The notes under the pieces are model-generated. The model did not search any database. It saw nothing but the letters and a program-made list of their open reading frames with translations, and was not told the DNA's origin. Shown here in pieces: positions 35,130 through 47,978 of a stretch of 64,000 nucleotides of DNA. The position numbers and the translations under genes are program-made. Every line of letters begins with the position of its first letter. The first letter of the stretch is position 1. This DNA is from Octopus sinensis (taxonomy: Eukaryota), in NCBI RefSeq assembly GCF_006345805.1, contig NC_043006.1, positions 28,334,001-28,398,000 of the forward strand, in the 5' to 3' direction.

Positions 35130-35488
35130 GAGAAAAGTAAGAAAACAAAGAAAATGCACATTAGATGTAAAAAATAAAGGCTTTTTTAAGAAAAGCAAAG
35201 ATATATATATACAATTAGATGATTTGAGGTGGAATAATGAAGTATAAAAATTATTATTATGAATCATTATAGAGATTCAAAGTCATGCCAGTATCGTCAG
35301 AGGTGATCACTGACTTTGAATCCATTTAAAGTCAGTGATCAGCTCTGACGATACCGGTATGACTTTTATACTTCATAATTTCACCTCAAATCATCTAATT
35401 GTATGTATATATCTTTGCTTTTCTTTAAAAAGCCTTTATTTCTTTTATATCTAATGTGCATTTTCTTTTTATTTTTTACTTTTCCCCA
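35130..35488. repeat. About 360-bp palindrome next to the Penelope pLTR
   Basis: Outer arms 35130-35249 and 35364-35488; inner arms 35278-35320 and 35326-35367. Confidence 0.85.
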
Positions 35489-35665
35489 TATATATATATA
35501 TATATAATATATATATAATATATATATATATAATTAATAAAAGAATTCCAACCTTGTCTGATTTTCACGTTTTATTTACAATCTTATAATGATATATTAT
35601 AAGATAATATATTATAATTGAATAAAATAAAATGAAATAGTAGAATGTTAAATATTCATTCTGAT

Positions 35666-35710
35666 TGAACTAGTACTTTCATGCATTGAATTCTGCAATC
35701 TTCGGGTTCA
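35666..35710 (-). ncRNA. Candidate minimal type I hammerhead ribozyme in the 3' pLTR
   Basis: TGAAC-CCGAAGA-TTGCA GAATTCAA TGCAT-GAAA-GTAC-TA-GTTCA: perfect 5-bp helix I and palindromic helix III. Confidence 0.7.
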
Positions 35711-38307
35711 TGTAGTAGTGTTGACAGTCATGCTTCACAATTTTTGACTGTAGCAAGATGATTGATTCTGTGCTATAAATACAGCTGGGTAGGCTCCAGA
35801 GTGCTAGGTTTTGCAAACTGTATTCTGACCAATCAGTGTGTAGTATCACTCAATTACTTAAGCTGATTGGTTGGTTGAGCTGATTGGTTTAGGCATCACG
35901 CTTTGTTGGACATGTCAAGAGTCCTGTATCTTGACCCTGGCCGAAGCAGCAATTGTTGGTTATTTTTAGAAATGCTGTAAATATCCTTTGTCAGAGATTT
36001 TTATATTTTTATATTTCAATTGTCATCATCATCATTGTCAGCACCTTAATTATTGTTGCTAGTGGTGATGGTGGTGGCAATAGAACTTTTTACCCTAAAT
36101 AAGATAATTTTCCTGCTATCTTCGTCTTGATCACCTTTAGTATTGTTGTTGTTGTTAGTGGTCATGGTCGTAGCAGTGGAAGTAATACCTCTAAGTATTA
36201 TTATTATTATTATTGCTTATTTAGCTTGGGTTCGAATTTATCAATAAAATTCTTTTCTCTGATTTTCCTCTCGATTTCACTTGGGCTGTGTAATTTGTAG
36301 AATGGAAATATTATATATATTTTCCGACCACATGTTGCTAGGTGGTTACTCAAAGGTATCTGACGGACCTCTGGGTCTCTAATCTGTTGCCGGTGTACAC
36401 GTGAGCGTTCTAATAGTGCGTTTCCCGTCTGACCTACATATATTTCTTCACAATTTGGGCATTTGATGCAGTAATTAAATTTCTGCTTTTGCAGTTCATA
36501 TTCGCGTTTGTGAATATTTTCCCGGTTTTTGTGTTTATATATTGACCGGTATGTATGAATTGGCATGTGCCACATCGGCTATCATTGCATTTAGATACCG
36601 TGAATGTTTGGTCTTTTTGCTGAGGTCAAATTTTGCCTTTGTTAGTAATGTTTTCAAGTTTTTAGGCTGTCTTTTACTAAGCACCATAGCTCGATCCGTG
36701 ATTATGTCTTTTAATTCATTACTTTGGGTAATGATTGGTAGGTTTGCTTTGGCAATGTTGAAGATATTCTGGTGACATGGGTTGTGTGTCACTATGAATG
36801 GTATGACTTGTTCTTGTTTTCCTCTTCCTTGGGTTGTCCTAAGTTGTTGTATAGGTATTTTTATAGCCCGCTGTATGCCATTTTCTATAAGTAGAGATGG
36901 GTATTTTTGTTTGAGCAAAAATTCTCTTAGTTCTATTAGGCGTTTGTTCCTGATATTTGCATCTTCTACAATAGTACAAATTCTTCTGGCTAGGCATATG
37001 GGATGTTACGTTTTGTATGTGGTGGATGGCACGACTTAAAATTTAGGTATTGATGTGTGTCTGTGTGTTTATAGTATATATCTGTGGTGATGGTGGTGTC
37101 CTTTTTAATTACCATTATATCCAGGAATGGTAATTTTGTACTACTCATCTCCTTTGTAAATTGGAGAATGGGTGTAGGTTGTTCAGGAGGATACTGAACT
37201 CTTCCAGAGTATTTAGAGATTCTGTCCAGATTATGAAACAGTCGTCTAGGTATCTCTTCCATGCCTTTTCAATATACTTTCTAAACCCAGTGCCATAGTT
37301 TACCTCCACCTCTTGGTAGAGTTGTTTCTTCTAAGTATCCCATTACAGAGTTGGCGTAAACGGGAGCAAACCTCGTTCCCATCGCCGTGCCTCTAATTTG
37401 GATGTAATTCTTTCCATTGAAGAAGAATGTGTTATTTTCTAGAATAAGCTTGACTGTGTCTAATATAAATGGCACTGTGAATCTGCTGGGAATCACTTCT
37501 CTATTTTTTCTAACCAGTATTTAATCGCCTTATTCCTAAATCGTGTGGAATATTGGTGTAGAGGCTTACCACATCAAAACTTAGTAAAACTGAATTTGTT
37601 TCTGTTGTTTTGGGAAGATGGGACAGGAAGTCGATGTCATCCCTGATGAAACTTGGTATGTAAGTACATAGTGGTTTCAAAACAATGTCAATAAAATTGC
37701 TTAGACGGTGTGTAGGGCATGCTGGACCAGCATAATAGGTCTAAGTTTTAGGTCTTTTGGATGTAATAATTTTATGTACTCACTTTCTTGTTCTTTTACT
37801 GCCTGTTGAATGTTTTTTGATTTGTGTATTTTGGGTAAGCCGTAGAAGTTGCTGGGTTTTGGTTCAAAATTGGTGATGTAGTCTTTTTCATTATCCGTAA
37901 GTGAGTTGTGGTGTGTTGAAATCAGGTTGTTGATCTTTTTCATGATGTGGTGGTCTATATTTTCGGGTATTTCACAATAGAAGGTTGTATCCTTCAGGTT
38001 GGTCTTCAACCAAATCCTTATAGTATTCGGTATCCATAATAACAATTGCACCACCTTTATCTGCTTGTTTAATTATTATTGTTTGATCGTTTTGTATACG
38101 TTTACATGCAGACATCTCTGATTTGCTAAACCAATCAGCTCAACCAACCAATCAGCTTAAGTAATTGAGTGATACTACACACTGATTGGTCAGAATACAG
38201 TTTGCAAAACCTAGCACTCTGGAGCCTACCCAGCTGTATTTATAGCACAGAATCAATCATCTTGCTACAGTCAAAAATTGTGAAGCATGACTGTCAACAC
38301 TACTACA

Positions 38308-38352
38308 TGAACACGAAGATTGCAGAATTCAATGCATGAAAGTACTAGTTCA
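38308..38352 (+). ncRNA. Second pLTR copy of the hammerhead motif, with core C3>A
   Basis: TGAAC-ACGAAGA-...-GAAA-GTAC-TA-GTTCA. Confidence 0.55.
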
Positions 38353-39346
38353 ATCAGAATGAATATTTAACATCTACTATTTCATTTTATTTTATTCAAT
38401 TATAATATATTATCTTATATATATCATTATAAGATTGTAAATAAAACGTGAAAATCAGACAAGGTTGGAATTCTTTTTATTAATATATTCTTCTATAACA
38501 CAATCACACACACCCATATATATATATGATAGATATATATTATATATATATATATATATATATCTATATATATTAGACAGGCATACATTCACATTCACCG
38601 CATATATAAATTAAACATATGTACATATGTACGCATATATATTATATATATATATAATCTATATATATATATACATATATATATGTATATACACACAGAT
38701 ATACTCCTATCACACACCTACAACTGCAGATATACAAGCATATGCATATCCGTATAATAGAAGGGAACGTGTGCATGAAAGTCGCACTTATGCACCGGAC
38801 ACAGTCCTATACACATATACATCCATACGCGCGTAGACTTATATACACCCGCACACACGTACACATTTAATATATACATACATATACTCACACACATACA
38901 CAATCACACAATTAAAAAGGAACAAATGAAAAAATAATAATTATAAAACAATAAAAAAAATGTTAAGATATATGGAAAGCTTGTGCAGGAACATTGTAAA
39001 AATGCAGATTCTATCCATGATCTTGGTGGGGGGGGGGGGGGGCAAAACAATAGAAGGTATTTTGTCATACATGGACATGATCCAAAAATTTCAGTTCTCG
39101 AATTTAGACATGTAGCGGGGTCCAAGGAAGTATTGAAACTATTTATAATTGTTACTCAGTGGAATGTTTCACTTTTATTCTTCGATCTTGAGACGTAATA
39201 CGGAACCAGTGCCAATGTTGCATTGTTTTAATCCCCAAAAATTACATGCTGACACTCCTGAGGACTCATAGTATTGCCATATAAAATTTGATTTGGTTGA
39301 GCCGTTTGAGAATGCATTGGGAACAGACAAAGATACGAATGATAAT

Positions 39347-39730
39347 ATGGCTGTGTGGTAAGTAGCTTGCTTACCAACCACGTGGTTCCCGGTTCAGTCC
39401 CACTGCGTGGCACCTTAGGCAAGTGTCTTCTACTATAGCCTCGGGCCGACCAAAGCCTTGTGAGTGGATTTGGTAGACGGAAACTGAAAGAAGCCCGTTG
39501 TATATATGTATATATATATGTGTATGTATATGTGTGTGTATGTTTGTGTGTCTGTGTTTGTCCGACCAACATCGCTTGGTGTGTTTACGTCTCCGTAACT
39601 TAGTGGTTCGGTAAAAGTGACCGATAGAATAAGTACTAGGCTTACAAAGAATAAGTCCTGGGGTCGATTTGATCGACTAAAGGCGGTGCTCCAGCATGGC
39701 CACAGTCAAATGACTGAAACAAGTAAAAAG
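39347..39730 (+). mobile_element. tRNA-derived SINE, family B
   Basis: TGGCTGTGTGG A-box, GGTTCAGTCCC B-box, gggcaagtgtcttct body. Other copies at 51033-51425 (+), 46570-46730 (-), 17222-17635 (-) and partial at 33170-33310. Confidence 0.85.
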
Positions 39731-39752
39731 AGTAATGAGTATATAAATATAA

Positions 39753-39797
<45 letters not shown>

Positions 39798-41624
39798 CAG
39801 ATTAGATAATGAAACGAATGGTTTATACCTGGTAGCTTACTGATAAAGCACGGTCACTTTCACACTTTCCATCTTTTGTCTCTCGTTAACCATATACAGC
39901 ACAGATTCACCCACACGTGTTTGGTTGACCTCAATATGTTTTCTTTTCACAAAGTATAGAACCATCTTCCTTATAGTTGTATTTAATCGACACCTATATA
40001 CAGCAAATTCTTTTGTAGTCTGATGTCGGGCGTGATTGATGAAACCTATGAGTGAAGACACTCCAACCACGACTACCTCGTATTATCTCAGTCTTAATGT
40101 TTTCTGGACTGCACTATTCGATGCACTATGTGGCTTGAGGGAGTGTTGGTTAATGTTTCTAGCCGCTTGACGACTGCCAAGAGGCTATCTTGTTAACTCG
40201 ATATACTAAAAGTATTTTCTGGAAGAATGAAAGGAAGAAAGGAAGAAGTATGATTCGAACATAGAAAATAAAGGCAAGACTAAATGCTGTAAGGTGTTCT
40301 AGCATTTTTACCGTCGTTGTTATCTATAAATAATAGTGTCTAACATATATATACAGCTTCAGGGCACTGTCGTCACTTCAGTTACAAGACCACCTCTCCG
40401 CCCATCTCCTTCCCTTCCGATTCATCAGTAAGAACGTCTTTATACAGTCGCCCCACCTGCAGGGCATAGCTTCTAAATTCCCGCAAATCTGATCCAACCG
40501 AATTAGAAAAGAAGGACATATTGGATATTGTCTTAGAATACAAAATAGGCTGAAATAGTCATGGCTGGATTACGTTTGATCATAGGTCAACTCAAGCAGG
40601 AATGAACATGAACATGAACAACAACAACAACAACAACATTAGTCTTAGGCATGCAGGAGAAGGAAAATGGAATCAAGTGATGTCATTTTCTAGTGTAATA
40701 GTGGTCTAAAGAAATCTATAATAATTTCAACAAAGAATCGAAACCGAATCCCAGTTTTTGCTCTTTCAAGAGCTTAGCACTTTCTCTACGACATGCCGTC
40801 TAAGATATTTTTTATTCTGGTTCATTTTCTCCAAGTTGATTTGATATGTGAGAGAGGGGTGGTAAGGTTAGAAACTGGTGCAGACAGAGCTGTGTCTCTA
40901 CTACTGGTGGTTAGGAACAGCTAACATTTAATTGGTCTACAGAACAACCATTGAAGTCTTTGAAGGAAACTATTTTTTAAATTCTATCCTACCTGCCTTC
41001 TCATTATTGTTAAATACCTACTTGACCATCAGGCCATATTTATCTACTATGCTTATTATACTAAAATAGATCGTTCTGTATTGGCTGCTGAAATAATGCA
41101 AAATTACATGTTTTGTCTTAAAAGGTACATAGTGTAATGCACATAGCAAGCCATTCGGACATTTGATTTGGATACCAGCTCGCCAGCCCGACAGTCCGAC
41201 AACCCACCAGCCCACGTTCCAGCCAGCCAGACAGACAGCCAACACGCCAGCCAGCCAGACAGCCAGCCAACCAAACGACTCAATAATAAATATGCTAATT
41301 CTGTTATAGAGTCAGAAATTTTCCCATATTCTCAGTTTACTATCAGGTCAAGCATCATGACAGAGTCGATGAAATACTAGACCGACAATGCATGAGATTC
41401 GAGTTCAGTCCCAGTACAAGTAATTTGTTGTATATTTAGCAGAATTGCACACTCGTTTGTTAAACTAATTGTCTGCGAATGTGACTTCTGATAGATTAGC
41501 TTCACATCCAGGAGGGGCAGGATTTATCTCTCACCCACTTGGTACTATGAAATCTAAGCGTACTAATATCATTCATAAATTTGTGCGTGTATACACATAA
41601 ATACACATACACAAACACACACAC

Positions 41625-41671
<47 letters not shown>

Positions 41672-41675
41672 TTAT

Positions 41676-41707
<32 letters not shown>

Positions 41708-42262
41708 AAATCGCTTCCTGGATTCTTAGCAAGGATTTGAAACCTAGTCTAGATTTTTCTATGAGTCCCTTCCTATTGTCCTCGACATTTCCACTCACAA
41801 ATTTGTGAGAGTCACCTGTCATATTTTGATAAGTCCTATTGTTTCCTGATAAGCCTTAGGTTAAATACAATTCAGACCAAATAACACGAAAAATCTTTTG
41901 TTTAGCCCGATTTAATTTAAGTAGGAAAAATATTATAGAGGACCTAAATTTAACTCTTCCTTTTTCACTCGGTGCCTGGCTGAAAAGATCTCTCTTTGTC
42001 TCTTTCGCCTGGTGCCTAGCAGAAGGAGCAGCTCTTGCATGTTACCATGGGACTACAACTTTCACCCTCTCTACTCGTCAGACTAGAAAGGGAAATTCCA
42101 TTACTCTTTCTTTCTCCTTCTTCCTTCCGTCTCCTAGAAGTCAAGCAAATAAACACAGCTACTTAAGAAATGAACAAGATAACTAATCTTTGAACAACAA
42201 CTGGAAGTAGTTATTTTTTTATAACGTAACGGTAAAATAAAGATCATTCCAACTATTATTTT

Positions 42263-42684
42263 GGACCTTTTCGGTTTGAACGGCAGTTTTTCCTAGCGGT
42301 GTCATATGAAATTGTCACCCATAATTATGACCCTAGTATCGATCTATTGCATTTCAATCTGTTTTAGGGTTAGGGTTAGGGGTGGGGAGAAGGGTATCTT
42401 TTTTTCTTCACAAATGTAAATAAACCCAATCTGTTTCTTAAACGAGGGACATATTCATACGGCACAGAATGTTTTTTTTTACCTCAATAGACGTCAGTGA
42501 TTGGATGAAATTGCAGAAATTGAAGAAAAAAACAACAACATATATCTTACAAACTATAGAATTTTCTCAATAAAACCAAGAGAAAAAGATGTTTTATAAT
42601 CACATTCTACCAGTATACGAAGTTTAAAATTTTTTAGCTACCTAGAAATTATGTTAAAAATTGCCGTTCAAAGCGAAAAGACCC
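42263..42684. mobile_element. MITE with GG-ended TIRs, 8-bp TSD (attatttt) and internal TTAGGG repeats
   Basis: TIR GGA(C/T)CTTTTCGGTTTGAACGGCAG; TSD seen on both sides. Confidence 0.9.
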
Positions 42685-42936
42685 ATTATTTTTTCTGTCA
42701 TTTATTCGATGGATTTCTTTGGTGACCCTCGAGAATTGGACTTCAATTCGTGTATGTCTCAACCGCGGCATGATATATCAATAAACTACATATAACCGTT
42801 ATATATGTGTGTGTGTGTGTCCGACACGGGAACGTAAAACGCTGAGTAAAAGAGTATGATGATTTTGCAACTTTATTGAAGTACTGTTTTTTCCCACCTT
42901 GTTTTGCATTTATGTACTTACTCGTGTGAATGTGTA

Positions 42937-42995
<59 letters not shown>

Positions 42996-43087
42996 ACGAT
43001 GTTTCTGGTCCCCAATGGCTAACGAGAGGTATATTCAATGGCTAAATGTTTTCCCTTTAATGTTGTCTCACTTTGATTTTTACTCTC

Positions 43088-43955
43088 GGATCTTTTCCTT
43101 TTGAACAGCAGACAATTTCTAGTTAACTAAACACTTTAAAACTTCGTATACTGGTAGAATGTGTCAAAATAAAACATTTTTTTCTCTTGGCTTTCCTGAG
43201 AAAATTGTAATTTGTTTGTTTAACGTAGTTTAATTTTTCGAATTTTAACCAATGAATCGCCTCTAATTGAGCTAAAATCATTTGCTGCGTCTAAAACTGA
43301 GACAACATCCTGTCACTAACCCTAAACCTCACCCTCCCCCTCGCCCTAACCCTAAATTTATTTTTCTTAATTGTTAAATTAATTTAATTGTTACGCGTGT
43401 AAAAAAAACTAAAGCAATGGAAAATAATTTAAACAATTAACAAACAAAATAATTCTATAATTTTATACACACGCTTTCCGTTCCCCTCCTCCTAAACCCT
43501 AAATTTATTTTTCTTAATTGTTAAATTAATTTAATTGTTACGCGTGTAAAAAAAACTAAAGCAATGGAAAATAATTTAAACAATTAACAAACAAAATAAT
43601 TCTATAATTTTATACACACGCTTTCCGTACGTATACGGAACAATTAAATTAATTTAACAATTAAGAAAAATAAATTTAGGGTTAGGGCGAGGGGGAGGGG
43701 GGTTAAGGGTTAGTGACAGGATGTTGTCTCAGTTTTATACGCAGCAAATGATTTTAGTTCAATGGAGGTAATCGATTGGTTAAAATTGCCGAAATGCTCG
43801 GATTTTCAGACGAAATATCTTACAAACTATAGAATTTTCTCAATAAAACCAAGAGAAAATGATGTTTTATAAACACATTCTACTAGTATACGAAGTTTAA
43901 AACTTTTTAGTTACCTAGAAATTATGTTACAAACTGCCGTTCAAAGGAAAGATCC
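43088..43955. mobile_element. 868-bp foldback relative of the same MITE family
   Basis: TIRs GGATCTTTTCCTTTTGAACAGCAG and CTGCCGTTCAAAGGAAAGATCC; TSD ttactctc/ttaccctc; long subterminal inverted repeats and an internal duplication. Confidence 0.85.
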
Positions 43956-43960
43956 TTACC

Positions 43961-44068
<108 letters not shown>

Positions 44069-44313
44069 TATTATATATATATATGTATTGTGTGTGTGTG
44101 GTGTGTGTGTGTGTGTCCGTGTCCTTTTTATTCCTTTCAGTCATTTTGACTGTGGCCATGTTGGGAGCACCGCCTTTTAGTCGAAGAAATCGACCCCTGG
44201 ACTTGTTCTTTGTAAGCCCAATACCTATTCTATCGGCATCTTTTGCCGAACCGCTAAGTAACGGGGATTGTAAACACATCAGTTGTCAATCGATGGTGGG
44301 GTTGGGAACAAAT

Positions 44314-44344
<31 letters not shown>

Positions 44345-44345
44345 C

Positions 44346-44402
<57 letters not shown>

Positions 44403-44654
44403 ATATATATTATATATTGATAAAAATGGTAAGACAACAAAAGAATGAAGAGAACTCGATATTATGTAAATAGAGAAATTTATCTGTAAATGTAATATGT
44501 GACAATATTCGGTAGCCATGATAAAACTCCGAGTTTCGGATGCCGGAGTGGAAATCCACGCCGCCATCACTTCAGTTATTCAAGCATTTTTTCCGATGGC
44601 CGGATAATTGTCTACCGAATAATTGTCACATACTATATTTACAGATATATAATG

Positions 44655-44698
<44 letters not shown>

Positions 44699-45252
44699 TA
44701 ATAGGGAGTATAAATATATTTTTCTATCTATTTCCTCTATTTATTTTACCTTAAATATTCAACATTATAAATATATTGTAGGAAACTGATCCTAATGTTT
44801 TAAGTTTCAAAGTTAGTTAATGGAGTTTCTTCGATAAGAAAAATCATTATTTCATTTATTTATTTTTAAATAAATATTGTTTAACTCTATTTGCTTATTT
44901 ATTTAACTATTATTGTTAACCTGAAGAGTGACAATAATTTTAAATTGAATTGATTTTCGATTAAATTTTAATTTAAGAGTAATTCGAATTTAATTATAGC
45001 CATGAAACGTACGTAGTTTTTTTACTTATTATATATTGATATTCATTTTTATACTTTTTGTGATCTAGTTATATGGTTTATAAAAATATATTTTATTTTT
45101 TATTTATGATTTGATTTATGTCTATCACTGCTTGACTTGCATAATAGTGGTTTTTTCTCTAATTTATATTTAATTATTATTTATAATTAATCCTGGTCTA
45201 ACTGTATGTTTAATATATAAACATATATATTATATATATATTATATATATAT

Positions 45253-45297
<45 letters not shown>

Positions 45298-45476
45298 TAT
45301 ATATATTGACTCTGATTTTAAAATTTATAAGATTACATCTATCGTAACTATTTGTTTATACTGTATCGTAGTATGCGGTATATTGGAATCTACTATAATA
45401 TGTATTGTGAAGTGAAGATTACACTGAATCTAATAATATTATTATTATTAATAAATATAATATAATCATAATAATA

Positions 45477-45538
<62 letters not shown>

Positions 45539-45672
45539 TTAGTAATAATTAAGTATTGTATGTGTATTCTTGAATATAGGTGTATGTGTATGTTCCAGTA
45601 TATATGTATAGATATGTATATGATTAATTGTCTATATGCTTGTACGTATGTTTAATTGTGCTTACTTATGTA

Positions 45673-45982
45673 AGGTTGTGAGCTCGAATCCCGGACCGGG
45701 CTGCGTGTTGTGTTCTTGAGCAAGGCACTTTATTTCACGTTGCTCCAGTTCACTCAGCTGTAGAAATGAGTTGCGACGTCACTGGTGCCAAGCTGTATCG
45801 GCCCTTGCCTTTCCCTTGGACAACACTGGTGATGTGGAGAGGGGAGGCTGGTATGCATGGTCGACTGCTGGTATGCATGGGCGACTTCCATAAACAATCT
45901 TGCCCGGACTTGTGTCTAGGAGGGTAACTTTCTAGGTGCAATCCCATGGTCATTCATGACCGAAGGGGGTCTTTACCCTTTT
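45673..45982 (+). mobile_element. SINE family C
   Basis: B-box-like gctcgaatccc, then ttgagcaaggcactttatttcacgttgctcc. Other copies at 10279-10605 and 49815-50610 (both minus). Confidence 0.8.
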
Positions 45983-46117
45983 ATGTATTTATGTACATGT
46001 ATAGGTGTATATGTTTTGCTTATGTATATATATGTGTATATAGATATGGATATATATTTATCAAATTGTACGTGTATCCTGTTTCATGTATATATTTATA
46101 TTTTGAAAGTACTTTAT

Positions 46118-46245
46118 AATCTCTGACGAGGCCTATGGATATATATAAGTACCCCATTTTCAACTGCCTACAACCTCAAAATAATTGACAAGTATAGGCA
46201 CAAAATATTACTTTTTTCCATAGGCTGAAGCAGCTGTAGGTGATT
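46118..46245 (+). ncRNA. Degenerate type I hammerhead motif with long helix II loop
   Basis: AATCT-CTGACGA-GGCCTATGG[about 80 nt]CCATAGGCT-GAAG-CAGCTG-TA-GGTGATT. Confidence 0.5.
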
Positions 46246-46449
46246 TTAATGATTCTAACAATTTATATTAATGATTTTTTATTAACTTTCTGTATTCTTA
46301 TCTTAAATGTATTGAATTTTATACTGTATATATGTATGTTATTATGGTTGTAGTTTTTTTAAATAAATAAGACAACATTCTAATATCCTAAAACAATGAT
46401 AAACCAACTAATGTATTTTCTTTCTTATTTGTAAATATATAATATATAT

Positions 46450-46483
<34 letters not shown>

Positions 46484-46507
46484 GGAAATTGAAAGAAATC
46501 CGTCGTG

Positions 46508-46570
<63 letters not shown>

Positions 46571-46832
46571 CGACGGATTTCTTTCAATTTCCGTCTACCA
46601 AATCCACTTAACACTTTGGTTGGCCCGAGGCTATAGTGGAAGACACTTGTTCAAGGTATCACGTAGTGGGACTGAACTCGGAACTATGTGGTTGGGCAGC
46701 AAGCTTCTTACCATACAGCCACGTTTGCGCCTATATAATATACACATACAAATAATATACTTATAAAAGTGGACCAAAAGTCACGAAGGTGTATTTACAA
46801 ACCCTAGTATCACACAACACACACACCACACA

Positions 46833-46870
<38 letters not shown>

Positions 46871-47093
46871 CACGCAAAGGTATTAGATGTAAGTTGGGTG
46901 GGAAAAAAATCACATCTAAAAAAAAAATAGTTCAAAAATCTATTAAAATTTCGTACCTTTCCGTGACTTCTGGCCCTCATTGTACATGCATACGTACATG
47001 CATACGTACATACATGCGTACGTAGTACGTACGTACGTACATACATACATACATACATACATACATACATACATACATACATACATACATACA

Positions 47094-47978
47094 CGAGGGG
47101 TTACCCCAAAGAAACCGGAATTTTGCCATGTTATTTAATTCATTTAGTTGTACATGTTTGCACTTTTATCGCCTTCAGAGTATTTTCCATTTAGAACAAT
47201 GCATCGGCTCAGACGCGTTTTCTTCTGTTCAAAACAGTGCTGGAACTCTTGCGAAGTGATACCTTTTAACACCTCCGTCGTTGTTTCTTCACCTCTTCCA
47301 CATCTGTAAATTCCGTAAGATCAGCTTTCATCACCAGTGATGACCTTCGAAAAAAGGTCCGGAACAACTTCCAACAGTTCCTTCAGTTCACGAAATACAT
47401 TCAGTCGTGACTGCTTTTGATCTTCCGTGTGCAAGCGAGGCACAAATTTTGTTGCAACTCTTTTCATTCGCAATTCCTCGCTCAAAATTCGTTGGCAGGA
47501 GCTCCAGGACGCACCAGTCATATCGACAAGTTTGTCAATTGTTCAGCGACGGTCCTCCAAGATCAGTTCATGAATTTTCATGATGTTTTCATTCGTTCGG
47601 GGAGGTCAATGGTGGCCCCGAACGAGGTTACTCTTCAAGCACCAAGTGATCATTCCCAAAGCGTGGAAACCACTCGTAAACTTGTGTTTTGCTCATGACA
47701 GCGTCCTTGTAAGCTGTTTGAAGTATGACAACTTTTTCGGCCGCCGTTTTTCCAAGCAGCACGCTGAACCTTCGTTCCAGCCATCGCAAAAATCGACGGA
47801 CAGGGAAGAAACACTGCAAGACAAAGATGCACCACGTGACAATACGACATTAGCAGACGCCGCCGATCGGCAGACTGATGCCTGAGGTTTGCATCAAGTG
47901 GCTTCTAGCGGCGGAAGCCCGAACTACAACGGGCTTGTCCCACAGATAACGTTTCCGGTTACTTTTGGGTACCCCTCA
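47094..47978 (-). mobile_element. Internally deleted mariner element with TIRs
   Basis: TIRs gaggggttaccccaaagaaaccggaa and ttccggttacttttgggtacccctc; KTQVYEWFPRF, KFVPRL and ITGDES motifs; the catalytic middle is missing. Confidence 0.9.

Larger units (their letters stand above)
35533..38485 (-). mobile_element. Penelope-like element: frameshifted RT + GIY-YIG ORF (about 38100-36210) between inverted, roughly 355-bp pLTRs
   Basis: ADKGGAIV, FYGLPKIHK, LRPI, SFDVVSLYTNIP, GTAMGTRFAP, RYLDD (YLDD at 37241-37252), LPFLD, and YCIKCPNCEEIYVGQT (GIY-YIG). 35533-35891 is the near-perfect reverse complement of 38126-38485. Confidence 0.95.

Noticed and set aside
42360-42390. TTAGGG repeats as evidence of a chromosome end or fusion
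   Set aside because: All such arrays lie inside MITE copies with TIRs and TSDs.
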